64,000 bases of DNA from Octopus sinensis. Lineage: Eukaryota. A model generated the notes under the pieces. The model worked only from the letters and a program-made list of their open reading frames with translations, made no database searches and was not told the origin of the DNA. The stretch's first letter is position 1; each line of letters opens with the position of its first letter. Positions 11,688-23,704 of the stretch are shown one piece after another. The DNA lies in assembly GCF_006345805.1 (NCBI RefSeq), contig NW_021832602.1, forward strand, positions 230,243 to 294,242, written 5' to 3'. The position numbers were made by a program, and so were the translations under genes.

Positions 11688-14682
11688 AAACTAATTAAGT
11701 TCCCACATGTGCCACATATGAGACTATCTTTTCGGTCATAATTTTCCATGATGTGCGGTTGTATGCTATACTCCTGAGAGTATCTAGGTCGTCTCCATTT
11801 TTCAGTTGTCTTTTAACGCGTTGTAGTTCTTTTGAGATTACAATAGGTAATGTATTTCGTGGGCGTCCTCGGGACGCAGATCTTTCGTCCTTTGCGTAAT
11901 ATGATTCCATTGCCCAGTTAGCATAAACATCCTGGTCGAGTCTTAGAATGTGGCCCAATAGGCGCCAACGTGCTTCGGTAATGTCCACACTGACGGGTCT
12001 GCTGTTGCAGATATTGTATAGGGTGGAGTTCTTGATTTTCTTTGGCCAGTTGATGCCAATAAGAATTCTTAACTGTCTTCTATGGAATGCATCAAGAGAT
12101 TTTGATTCAGACTCAGATATTCCCCATGTTCCTCCGTTGTACAAAAGTATGGGTTTAATAAAAGCATTGTATAATTTGGCACGTAAGGCCGTTCCAACCT
12201 CGCGGTTTCGTAGCCAAGTGGTCCGCAGTTTGTTAAGTGCAACAGTCGATAGCATCTTTCTCCTCATAATGTCTTCACTATCTCCTAAAAGAGTTCCAAC
12301 TTTTTTCGAGTTTCGCCATTTCGTCTGTTCTATTTGCCTCCCGGTTGATTGTTACATATTCGGTTTTTTCTATGTTCACTTTTAAGAACCATTTTTCCAG
12401 TGCCTGAGGAGCAATGTTCAGCAGTTCTTCGAGAGTCGACTTATCATGAGACAAAAAGTCTACATCGTCGGCATATATCACTTCAGTTATTGAAGTAGAC
12501 TTCACTAGTTTTCTCAGATCTCTTAGTGCCGCTTCAAGATAGACAATGAATAGTACAGGTGATATTGAATCACCTTGGGGCGTTCCAATGCTTGTTTTGA
12601 AAGATCTTGATTGTACGGGTCCGATCTTCACCGTTAACTCGGTGTCTATAAGTAGTGCTCGAACCATTCTGATCGAGTCATTGTCAAGATAGTTTTGAGG
12701 ATCTCCATTAGCTTGTCTCTGCGGATTGTATCAAATGCCCTGCTCATATCAATGCCCAATATTGTGGTCGCCATTTTAAATTTCTGAGATATGGCACAGA
12801 TCCATCTATGTCCCCATACTACATCTGCAGTTGATCGCCCAGGCCTGAATCCACTTTGGCTAGCCGACAGATATTCATTAACAGGGTCCTTAATACGTTC
12901 CAGTGTTACGAGCGAGAAGATTTTCCTTATTGTGTTCAAGAGTATGATTGGGCGAATGTTGTTAAGAGGACCTTGCGGCTTGTTGGGTTTTTGGAGAGGA
13001 ATTAGCGTTCCTTTCCCAATAGGCGGTATGGTATTTCCATGGAACATCTCGTTCAGGAGATTTGTGATTATAGTTGAGATCTCCATTGGGGAGTACTTTA
13101 TCAATTCACCGTTGATGTTGTCTGGACCCGCCGCACGGTTGTTTTTTAATTTTTTATAGCCTTCAAAACTTCAAGGTGTGTTATTTTGTTGTTTAGATAA
13201 CGTTCTTCACCCTCATCGAGAGCATCGGCCCTGCCATTGAATAGTATTTCGAAGTGGTCGGCGATTGTATTTACCATTTCGATTGGGTTTCCAATTGTTT
13301 TCCCATGTTCATCGTGCACAACCAGTTTTGTTTTCTGTTGTCGTCGGCGTAGTAGTCTGATGGCTGCGTACATTTGCGCACCATCCTTTAAGTCTTCAAC
13401 TTCTGATATTCGAGAGTTTAATAAAGCTTTCACGTATTTAAGATTTTCCTTCTTGATTGTTCTCGATATTTTCCTACGTTCTCTTTTGAGTTTTTCCTTT
13501 GCCTCCTTGTCGTTGGTGTTTTCAATTTTCAGTTGGATGGCTTTTTGTTTTGTTGCCATTTCGGCAACATTTGGATTCAATGGGTTTGAGTGGTTTCTGA
13601 ATGCAGTCGTTCCAATGGTTTCCGTTGCAGCTTTGTGAATAAGTTTTTCTAATATATCCCAGCTTTTGTTTGGGTCTTTTACCGTTTCTGTTACTTTTAG
13701 GTTTTCGATGATTGCCTGGGAGTATTTTTCCTTGGTAACATCTGATGTAATCAGTTTTTCCACTGAGTATCTAATTCGGTTTGATTCATTTTCTTTTGAA
13801 AGAGGCGATCCAAAAATTCTTTTCAGTCTCAATCGTGCCACAATGACTTTGTGATCGCTCAGTGTAAGTGCCCCGCATATGACCTGGCATCCAGCAATCG
13901 ATGTTTTTCTTCTTGTCTACAGATGATATAATCGATTTGATTATAGATGTTGACGTACTCCCCATTTTTGTTTCTTCTAGTCCCGGTCCACGTGGTTTTA
14001 TGACGTGCCGCATGAGGAAAGACCGTATTGCATAGCAGTAGCTTGAATATGCTGCAGAAGTTCACAAGCATTTCACCTGGTGCATTTCTTATCCCCCGTC
14101 CGTGTCTGCCCATGAACACTTCTTCACCACGGCCTTTGCCTGCCTTAGCATTCCAATCACCGGCAATTAGTATAAGGAAGGATGTTTTTATACTCGTGTA
14201 GGTCTTTGATAGCATGTGATAGAAAGAGTCTAGTTCATCCACGTTCTTCTTCAGTCTTCCACTTTGTGGGGCGTAGACATTTATAATGCTGATTATTCGA
14301 TCCGTGTTGGTCAAAGTTTTTTGTCTCAGTTGTAGTACACATATGCGGTCGTTCACACGGTAGTATTTGTGAATTGAATTCCAAAAGGTCTTATGAATGC
14401 CAAACCCCTGCCCATAATGACGTGATTCTGATGGAAGGAGAATGATTCGATACTCGTTGTGTATCTCATCTAGCCCGCCTTTGACCTTCGTTTCTTGAAA
14501 GCATCCGATAGTTGCACCATATGCATTCAGATCCCGGCATAGGATTTTTCGCTTGGATAGGTCAGATAGTCCTCTGACATTGAATGATAGCAAAGTAAAA
14601 TCTCTTTGTAGCCTCATATGTGATTAAGACTTTGTGCAATAGAGTTGCGTCACTAACTCAACCAGAGTGCTTTCCTTTTCTT
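11688..14682 (-). mobile_element. Near full-length RTE-like LINE (APE endonuclease plus RT), frameshifted
   Basis: EN motifs SFNVRGL, QET, AGDWNAK, NQIDYI and SDH; RT motifs GIDMSRAFD, PQGDSISP and YADD. Flanked by atgtaattt at 11679-11687 and 14683-14691. Confidence 0.93.
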
Positions 14683-14691
14683 ATGTAATTT

Positions 14692-14870
14692 CAATGTTGA
14701 CCAAACATGTGAATCGGAGAATTTTTGCTGAGTGCATTGCAAACGACTGTGATCTTGCTGTGCTTATTGACTACTACCAAACCTATTTGCAAAAAGCTTT
14801 TTTCAATTCTAATCATTACAGTTACAACATTGCTCATTGTAATTAAACTGGGTTTGAGGCTTTGAGGATC
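14692..14870 (+). pseudogene. Possible C-terminal remnant of the AEC-family transporter
   Basis: FLLSALQTTVIL...SILIITVTTLLIVI, a hydrophobic end resembling the AEC LxAxPTA...xxTLLSI pattern; needs frameshifts. Confidence 0.3.
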
Positions 14871-14897
14871 AATTCATTCTTGACAAGAAACATCAAT

Positions 14898-15220
14898 TCA
14901 TTCTTCAATTTTTGCTGCTAAAATAAAATCGCTTTCACTCAGATCGTTAATTTTATAATTCCAAACACGCAATTTGATCATTTCCCATGCTAAGAAAATA
15001 TTCGGATGATGCTTTTCTTTTTTCCAACTTTTCTTATCACATTGATAAAAACTAACCCATCCTTAAAGTTTTTAAACTTATACTATCTTTCCAAATAATG
15101 TTCTTCAATAATTTTCAATCCAGAGTCCAATTGCATATAAAGAGGTTTAAGTACCTCTGCCTGTAATGTTATATCCTCCGAAACACAGGGTACACATTTT
15201 TTCTCTGTTAAATTATTAAT
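14898..15220 (-). pseudogene. phhB: Bacterial-type 4a-hydroxytetrahydrobiopterin (pterin-4a-carbinolamine) dehydratase
   Basis: NNLTEKKCVPC...EEHYLER*YKFKNFKDGL...EKEKHHPNIFLAWEMIKLRVWNYKINDLSESDFILAAKIEE*. Shows the HHP motif, the CxPC N-terminus and the LSESDFILAAKI terminus; one stop, frameshifts, no introns. Confidence 0.85.
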
Positions 15221-15765
15221 TGGACCGTTTGTGAAAAAACTTCTGTTTCGTCCCAAGGAAAAACGACAGGAAATCGCTTGATCAGCTTGAAACCTTCGCC
15301 TTTATCATATAAATTGAAGGATAACTGATACTTAAAATTATTATTTCAATTGGAAATGGTTTGTTTGAGTGACCTTAAAATCTCTTCATCTTCTAAAAAG
15401 GTTCCATAAATAAAAATAACTCTTGAATCTGGCCATTTAGTTTTGAAAATATCTGTGCATTTAAAAGAAACGTTCTTGATATGATGCCCCTTAGCTACAT
15501 GCTCTGGTAATTTTACAAACTGACAAATCCGTTTAATTCCAGTAAATGGCAGCTGAAAAAATGTCCTAAGATACTCCACGCCCTCTATCTAAACCCAGTT
15601 CAAGAGTTTTGATACTTGTCTCTATTGCCATCTCTTCAAAAGTCAAAAGAGGGGGTTTTCTATAGGTATACAGTTCTTGAGCTTTTTGTTGCCTTAAAAA
15701 AGTTTGCTGATCCGGTAAGGACTACGCATGATATATTTTTTAATAGGGAATAGTCAATCCCACCG
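15217..15765 (-). pseudogene. Bacterial-type class I SAM-dependent methyltransferase
   Basis: RSPYRISK...LYTYRKTPLLTFEE...LELGLDRGRG (degenerate motif I)...DIFKTKWPDSRVIFIYGT...ISYP...FKLIKRFPVVFPWDETEVFSQ; frameshifted, intronless. Confidence 0.7.
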
Positions 15766-15769
15766 TATC

Positions 15770-15990
15770 CGTATCCCCAACAAAGTAAAGCCTCTTATTT
15801 TCACGTCTATATCACTTAAATTGACGACATAACCAGCCCAAAGCGTTTTATTCTTGTCAAAAAGACTTATTCCAGAAAAGTGTTGATTAGGATCAGCTGT
15901 CATCTCCAGAGTTAAAGAGGGCTCGTCTTCAACATCAAGAGAGACAATTTCCCACCAAGCAAGCTCGGAATAATCCAGAACAAGCTGTGA
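15770..15990 (-). pseudogene. MBL-fold metallo-hydrolase fragment (NAPE-PLD/RomA-like)
   Basis: SELAWWE...PNQHFSGISLFDKNKTLWAGYVV...RLYFVGDT; the last motif requires a frameshift. Confidence 0.8.
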
Positions 15991-16569
15991 ATAAGATTTT
16001 ATAGAAACAAAGAATAAAGTTCGAAGACAATGTAATTAAAGTTGATTTAGGTGTTCAGTCAATCGATTTTGATACTTACTTTTCATTCGCGTGAGTTTGC
16101 CGAAAAAAGCTTTACATGCATAAGATAGTTAAAATATGTAAAAAAAATTTCACCATGAAAAGTTTACTGTACGAAACAAACAGAAAAAAAGTACAGAGGC
16201 TCTTAATTCTGTTATTTTTATTTATTTTTCAAAAGAAAATTTATTCGCCTTTCATAAAAACATGAAACCTTGAAAAAGAAAATTATTCAGTCAATTTAAA
16301 AGTGATACAGTGGAACTTCATATTGGGGCGACCTCGGATTTTGGCATCCTCAGGTTTTAAGGCACTTTGAATTTCTACTGGAAGTTTCTTTCTATCAAGA
16401 ATAAATTCTTTATAAGATAAATCCCGTTATGAGGCATTTAACCTTATATATAGTTTTTAGTACAATTTTTTAAATTTTATTGTATAATAAATAATTATTA
16501 TATGTTTTTGTTGATATGCCAAAGAGAATTTCTGTCAAAGACAAATTAGAGATTGCGAAGGGTTTAGAA

Positions 16570-19015
16570 CAGCGGTTCTCAACCGCGGCCCGCCACAATT
16601 TTGGTGCAACCCGATTAAAATTATAAAAATATATTAAATATTTTGCACATTAATGTTTAAATAATATTGTTTGTGATGTCTGATAAACGTGTTAAACGAA
16701 GTAGAAAAATTATTCATGAAAATCGTGCATTTAACCCCGAATGAGAGGAAAAATTTTTTGTTTTTGAAGAAAATGGTAACGCACATTGCCTAATTTGTCA
16801 TTCTGTCATACGATGTCTTAAGACATATAATGTCGAGAGACATTATTCGAAACATTCTTCTGAATATGATTCACTTCAAGGTGAATCAAGAAAAATAAAA
16901 TTTCAAATCGCAAACTACAAACGAATTTGTTAAAACAGCCCCACTTATCAAGATCCGTAACATTAGCTTCATACAAAATAAGTATCTACTTGCAAAAAAT
17001 ATGAAGCCATATTCAGATGGAGAATTCATTAAGCAAGCTATTCATATATTTACAGAAGAATGTTGCTCTTCAGAAATTAAAAAAATTGGTCGAAACTTAC
17101 AGCTTGGCAATGATACAGTTTCTCGGAGAATTGAGAGCATATCTGACGATCTTCATTACCAGCTACTCACTTAATCCAAGTTTTTCGTACACTATTCTAT
17201 TTCTCTTGACATCACTAAAGATATCAGTAATACAGAACAAATGGCCGTGTTTATTCGGGGTGTCATGCCTGACTTCAAAATTTACGAATAATTTCTCTCG
17301 TTACCTAGTTTTCATGGTTCTACTAAAGGAGTTTATATATTTCGCGAATTTCGCGATTGTCTTGAAATGGCACATTTGAATCCTTCAAAAATGTTTTCAA
17401 TTGGTACAGATGGATGTCCTTATGGTTGAATGGAAAACTGGATTTCAAGGTCTCGTAGCTGGATGGCGAGTAGATGATGAGTTGAGTCCTGTGATTTGGC
17501 ATCACTGCATCCTGCATCAAGAAAATTTAGCCGCGAAATCTATGAAAATGGACCATGTTACAAAAACGGTCATTTCGATCGTAAATTTTATTCGATCCCG
17601 TGCTTTAAATCACCGGAATTTCAAGATATTTCTCGAGGATGTTGACGCCGAGTATGGAAATTTGCTTATGCATACAACTGTACGATGGTTGAGTCGGGCA
17701 GCATGTCTAAAAAGGTTATATAAATTTAAACTAAATCGCATTTAGATTTTATGACCTTCTCCCGGAGATTATGCATTTTATTGACAATAAGATATTTTAT
17801 CCTCAGCTTACTGATAAGGAGTGGATTACAGATTTAGCATTTATGGTAGATATTTCTACGCACCTTTCAATTTTGAATACTTCTCTGCAGGGTAGGGGCA
17901 AACTATGTCATGAATTGTACGGAATGGTTTCTTCATTTATCGAAAAACTACACACCTTTGGAATAACAAATTGAAAGTAGAGTTTTACCATTCATTTCCC
18001 AATACTTTCAAATCACAGGGAAGATGGATTCTATGAAAAATATATCTGCGTTATTAGTGACTTAATCGATGAATTCGAAACACGTTTTAATGATTTTAAA
18101 GAAGCTCTACCTATTATGAAAATATTTTCGTCACCTATGGAAACAGATGCTGCACCGCTCCATACATACACTGGAACTAATTGAAATGCAGGCAGATTTA
18201 CAACTTACCGCGCATTTAAGTCAAGTGAACTATTGGATTTTTGGGGTCGAATTCCACAGTGGAAATATCCGAACTTGGTCGATATGCTCAAAAAAATGCA
18301 TCAGTCTTCGGACCAACGTATACATGTGAAGCTCTTTTCAGCAAACTTACGCAAATAAAAACAAAGTATCGAAATCGATTGACTGATGGACACCTAATCA
18401 ACTTTTACGCACATCGTGTTCGACGTTTATTCCCTGTTTCGACAAAATAATAGACGCCAAACAGAATCAAGTCTCTGCATTGATTTTTATTACTTAATAA
18501 AGCCTTCTTTTCATTAATAACATAAAATATTTTTTGTGCGGCCCGCAAAGATATTCTTAATTATCGATTTGGACCATGAGCTAAAAAGGTTGAGAACCCC
18601 TGGTGCAAATCGACGAGTGTAAATTTTTTCACAGAAAGTACCATCAAGGTCATTGGCGATCAGGCCATTGGGTGGAATAGACAGGGAAACTAGAAAGTGC
18701 TTTTTTGAAGAAGTTGCTGGTTCTTTTTTCCATTTATCCTTTAGACAGAACAGCGGAAACACTTAATGAAGTTATCGTTCGACGCGTACTTCCCGGCACC
18801 CATATCATTACTGATGGTTGGGCAGCCTATAGTGGGATTTTTACTCCCTGTTTCGACAAAATAATAGACGCCAAACAGAATCAAGTCTCGCATTGATTTT
18901 TATTACTTAATAAAGCCTTCTTTTCATTAATAACATAAAATATTTTTTGTGCGGCCCGCAAAGATATTCTTAATTATCGATTTGGCCCATGAGCTAAAAA
19001 GGTTGAGAACCCCTG
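16570..19015 (+). mobile_element. Buster/SPIN-like hAT transposon with a duplicated right end
   Basis: TIRs cagcggttctcaac/gttgagaacccctg; TSD gtttagaa/ctttagaa (7 of 8). Transposase remnants HCILHQENL, HTTVRWLSR and TYTCEALFS. Confidence 0.9.
18603..18844 (+). mobile_element. Merlin/IS1595-family (ISXO2-like) transposase fragment
   Basis: RKYHQG...GGIDRET and DRTAETLNEVIVRRVLPGTHIITDGWAAY. Confidence 0.75.
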
Positions 19016-19389
19016 CTTTAGAAACTAAAAACCCTGTATACTCGTCATCTTTGGAACTACGGAAGATTTAATAGGCAAGAAATTAATGCCGGCCATTCAT
19101 AACTTAAAAAGAGAAGGCCAGCTCCCAACAATTTTTGTTTGTTGTGGCTTTGCAAGAAAAGAAAAGACGCACAATGTTTTTCGAGGAGAAATGAAAGACG
19201 ATGTCAATAAACACTTTCATGTAAAGCCAATTGATGAAATAGTTTGGAGGAACTTCCAAAACCAGGTTTTTTATGACCAATCTGTATTCGATAACGAAGA
19301 AGGTTCCATGACCACTTGTGCGAGAAACTTGCAACGATAATATATGGAAAATATGTACCGGATAAGTGGTTCTACACCGAAATCACACA

Positions 19390-20340
19390 TCTTATTCCCA
19401 AAAAAGCAGAGAGATAAAAATGGCTCCATAGAGCGTTGCATAAACTTACAAATCATACGGGAGGGCCAGGATAGAAAGAGCTGCTGGTACTAGAGAACGT
19501 GGGACAAAAAAAGAGCAAAATATTACTGTTTTCCATTGGAATTGACTTCCTAAAAAGCTAACAAATACCCCAATAAAGCAACTCACAAGCAGAGAAATTG
19601 CCGAATATAAAATAATCTCTACAGTCAGTGAATGTGCTATAAATCCCAAAATCTGACAACAAAAAAGAATGATAAATAAGAAAAAAGGTAACCAGATTTG
19701 CCTTCTTTCAAAATCAAATAGCCCATTGCATTAAAAGCGATCCATTTCTCGAAGCGTTAAAGCAAGAGATATGACACCCATATAACCATTCAATAAATCG
19801 TTTCACAGAAGTACAAAATGGCAAAAGGTACAACAATAAGACTGCTGACTAGAAAAGAACGATACGCAAGATCAATTTTAAGAGTGATGTGTACGAGGTA
19901 AAGAACAGATAGAATATATGATAGGTCTACCAAACACGTAAAGAGGCAGCTATTGCTCATAAAAGCTGCGCCAAAAACTAAATGGGTGAGATATTCCGAG
20001 ACAGACCCAAGAATTAAATCAATGAGAAAGCATACGATAGAGCCACTTTGAAGAACTTGAAAATAAAAATAGATCGAATTAGCGTTGCTGATGTTTCAAG
20101 GTTTGGAATTTGTAAAATACGTGGTGGGATTCTCTTAGTTTCAATTGGGATAGGACTCGAATTTTTAACAACTTGATCGTTAAAATTTTTAATTTCTAGG
20201 ATCCCATCAATTAAAAGAAAGAGAATGAGTGGGACTTTGTTAAAAGATTGGATGGCATTGAGAGGAGTGATTTGATGTAAATAACCAAGCGCAATCCCAA
20301 AAATAAGAATTTTTTTATTATCCATGCAAATTACGAGATT
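19390..20340 (-). pseudogene. NhaP/CPA1-like cation:proton antiporter remnant, bacterial-looking
   Basis: RIPPRILQIPNLETS, YFCET..LNGYMGVISL and VFVSFLGSQFQWKTVIFCSFFVPRSLVPAAL...LPYDL*VYATLYGAIFISLLF. Resembles the CPA1 WFGPRG motif region; stops and frameshifts, no mini-introns needed. Confidence 0.55.
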
Positions 20341-20894
20341 GTGATTTCCATTAGAATCTGTTAGGTAGATCTTGTCGTTAATCTGTATGCAGGCATCTTT
20401 TTTGATAAATTGCTATTATACGTCACACCATAAAATAGACAAATGCTTTAATAACAACGCGTGTATTTGAATCCATACTTGTATTGAGATAGATTGTAGA
20501 ACATTAAAAGTGTTTTAATCATTCAATTAAATGCTCTTTGAATCTCGAATTTTTAACAACTTTATCGCTAAAATTTTTAATTTTTAGTACTTTTTAAAGA
20601 AAGGATGTCAAACATGCGGCCCGCAACAAAAGTACCGTGAAGTCCGATTTTATGTTTATAGAATACAAAAATCATTTGTATTTTTTAAAATATAAAATAT
20701 TTTTAATAATTAGTATATTGTAATTTTTGTTTGAGAATTTCACATGTTTCTTCTGGAACTAAAAAACGGTGTTTGAACTCGGAAAATGTTCCAACAATAG
20801 TGACAGCATCTCCGTAAGGATGCTAAAACCTTTGCAGACGTAGTGAGGAATTAGTTCCATAGTCCTTCTGAATACGAACCTTTTAAGTAATTAT

Positions 20895-21746
20895 TAGGGC
20901 AACCAAAAAATTGCACTTTTTAATAAAAAAAATTGCAAAAATGAATTTTAAAAATTGTAAAAAATTGCAAAAATAATTTTTTTTAATTGTAAACATTACA
21001 TTATGCAAAAAATTAACGATCCCCACTATTGAATAACTTAAAAAAAACAACAGTAAATGAGTCTGAATGGTATTAATTTTATATTTTGATATTTCTTTAA
21101 CATTTAACCTGCAAGATGATTCAGATGGCAAAGGATATGTTTCCTGCTCAAAAAGCCGTATGAGGGAAGGATGTCTGATTTTATAAATTGGTATGTTTGC
21201 CTCCAAAAACGCTTGTGTTACTTTGATCCCCCAATCCTTTCGAGTATCCGTTATCGCCGAAAGAAATGTTTGTGAACTCTGAGATTAATTTGTCCATTCT
21301 ATAAATTTAAATTCAAAGAAATACTGTGTGCTTTTAAATGTTTTTTTGAAGAACGGTGCGCATCAACAAAAAATTTTGTGTCACACCGTACAACAGTTGA
21401 GCAATTGGAGCAAAATAATTCCCTTCACTGTCAATAACAAACTCGGGGAATTTCTTTGCATAAAATGAAATTTTCTGTGACACTGTCCTTTTACCCATTA
21501 CAACAAACAACTAAAACACGTTTTAATAATCTTTTACTTATAATTATATTATTTTTTAATAAAAAATTTTTTTTTAATTTAAAAAAATTGCAAAAAATTG
21601 TAAAATGATTACAAAAAATTGCAAAAAATTGCAAATTTAAATCGAATAAAAATATAATTAAAATTAATGTCTATTCATTACTTTATTATTTATCGAATTT
21701 TAATTAAATTATATTTAATTGCAAAAAATTGCAATTGGTTGCCCTA
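20895..21746 (-). mobile_element. CGGBP-like hAT, non-autonomous
   Basis: TIRs tagggcaacc/ggttgcccta; TSD gtaattat (20887-20894, 21747-21754); EANIPIYKIRH remnant. Confidence 0.85.
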
Positions 21747-21849
21747 GTAATTATAAATTAGACACATCATCTCCAGTGTTAAATTCATATTTCTATCTAG
21801 GCACTCCCATTTTTATTCATCCTTTTTTAATAAGTAGAAATCAGGTCAG

Positions 21850-22150
21850 CGACAATATGCCTCGAATCGTCATACTGTTTCAGTGGCACGGCAAACTTGC
21901 ATATTTTCTTACGACTTGATGAATGATGTTTCGCTTGATTACAAAAAATGTCCTTCTGCAAAGCACATCCAGAGCATTATACCCACAATGGTTTGTTTCG
22001 TGGATTTCTGGAGAAATGATTTTCATTTCTTCTGTGCTTGTTAAGGCTATAACAAGCTTGTAAAGTATAGCTTTCCGTCAATAAGAATGAAATTTTTGTA
22101 TTGGAAAAAAATGCCATTTATCCAAAAGTAGTTCTAACAAAATATCCTTT
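21850..22150 (-). mobile_element. Integrase HHCC zinc-finger remnant (Ginger2/KRBA2-like)
   Basis: KFILIDGKLY...HETNHCGYNALDVLCRRTFF...C(Q)VC after a frameshift. Confidence 0.45.
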
Positions 22151-22559
22151 TTAAGCTGATAAATAACTTTTTATATTTTGTTGCAGATTGTTAAAATGAA
22201 TAAATATTATTTTAATCCTTTAAAAAGTTAAGAATAAACAATTTGTCTTTTCAGTCTTCATCCTGCAAAGTTGTTTCACTAGTCTGTCCGTACTATGTAC
22301 ATGTTCGTTATTTTGAGATCAATCGCTTTCCAGACAAGTAAAAATGCTTTCATAATTACAACTTTGTTTAAATGTTTGTAAAATAATTTTACATTAACAA
22401 TTTTTCAGATAATTCCAAGAAAGGGTTTTTATGCGGTTGTGACTTTTCTTATCACTTCGATTACAAATCCTAAGAGTTTTCTTACAGAAAATATTATTAT
22501 TACACATTCTGTAGGAACATAGACAAATTCCGCTCTCAAAGGTCCCGGAATCCGTGGTA

Positions 22560-23600
22560 TGTAAACGATTAAGGTGGCCCGGGGCATGAGAAAGGGTCCT
22601 CTAGATGCACGGAATGAAGTGGTCTATGAGGAGAGAATGGTGGCATGCGCAGATTCTTGATAACTGTACACAAATTGTCCAGCTTAGCAATGATTCGGAT
22701 TTATCGATAAAGGAAGATGCGAAGTCTAGTCTAGTATTTTATTGTGTTTGAGTGATCTAATGGCCTGAGTGGAAATGTGGTTGTTTATTTGTTTTAAAAT
22801 AGTTGATCCGTTTGTTGGGAGAGGTATTTTTAAGAATAGTCTCAATTGGTCCGAAAAAGTAACGATGGTATGTCTTTTGTTCCTTGACAGAGGAACACGA
22901 TGTTGTTGAGGAGTTGGGCTATCCAAGATCTCATTGAGAAATCCACGCATTTCTAAGTGATGCCTGACGCGAAAGATCTTGGAGTCTTAGTGGAGATAGT
23001 CAATGGGCGTTAATGGGAGACACCAATGACTGTACTGAGACTAGCGTTCTGGAGGCGTTAGAGTTTTTGTAGATTCGTGAGGAATAAATTTTGAGATTAG
23101 CATGGGCTAACATAATTCAGAGATTTTCGAACAACTTTTTATATACAATTAGTAGGCTTTCTTTTGTTTGACCGAACAATTGGCCCGATATGGCTTTTAG
23201 CTTGTGTTAATATTTATTAGGTGGTGCCATGACTTTTTAACCCTACCGTATATAGATCAGGAGCTGACATTAAACTGTCGTCTGTCAGGGGGGTGAATAA
23301 GGTCACTTGAATGTGTGTTTGATAAATCTCTTGAGAATTTTTGAGATTATCGAGAGAAAAGAAATCGGTCGGAACCATATAGAATCACATCGATCCTTGT
23401 TTAGTTTAAGAATTGGGATGACGATTAATTTTTCCATGTCATTGGTATTATACTCAAATTTAATAAAGTCAAAATGTTTAATAGGTTTGTCGATGTGGGT
23501 CCCCTCCTCCTGGCGACATTCGGATGCTATCCTACGCTTAAGCCTCCATAAAAGTGCTTTCTTCTATTTTTTGACCAAATTAATTTCTTATGCAGAGAAA
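22560..23600 (-). mobile_element. Highly degraded LINE RT, with a Tc1-like TIR fragment near 23250
   Basis: LIVIPILKLNKD...FRPISFLSIISKILKR; aaaaagtcatggcaccac is shared with 61790 and 63780. Confidence 0.5.
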
Positions 23601-23704
23601 CATATATTAGTCCTACTTACATTGCTGGTATTGTTCTGAAACTGTAAAAATAATTAAAATATTGTATTTAACACAAATCAAATTAATAGTATAAATAATT
23701 TCAA

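Larger units (their letters stand above)
16308..19340 (+). mobile_element. pogo/Tigger-like remnant interrupted by a hAT
   Basis: TA followed by cagtggaacttc TIR-like start. ORF MPKRISVKDKLEIAKGLE (HTH-psq-like) starts at 16516, is split at 16569 and resumes at 19024. Confidence 0.5.

Noticed and set aside
11948-13854. Plus-strand ORFs of 120-145 aa
   Set aside because: They are antisense shadows of the RTE LINE ORF.
15770-15990. Host NAPEPLD exon
   Set aside because: No mini-introns over 70 codons, and it is joined directly to bacterial-type genes; the FSG..LFD.NKTLW wording fits bacterial homologues. Not formally excluded.
14690-16000. Bacterial block as simple contamination
   Set aside because: The genes are decayed by stops and frameshifts and interleaved with eukaryotic TEs bearing TSDs; a living contaminant would have intact ORFs. 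A chimeric join still needs read-level exclusion.
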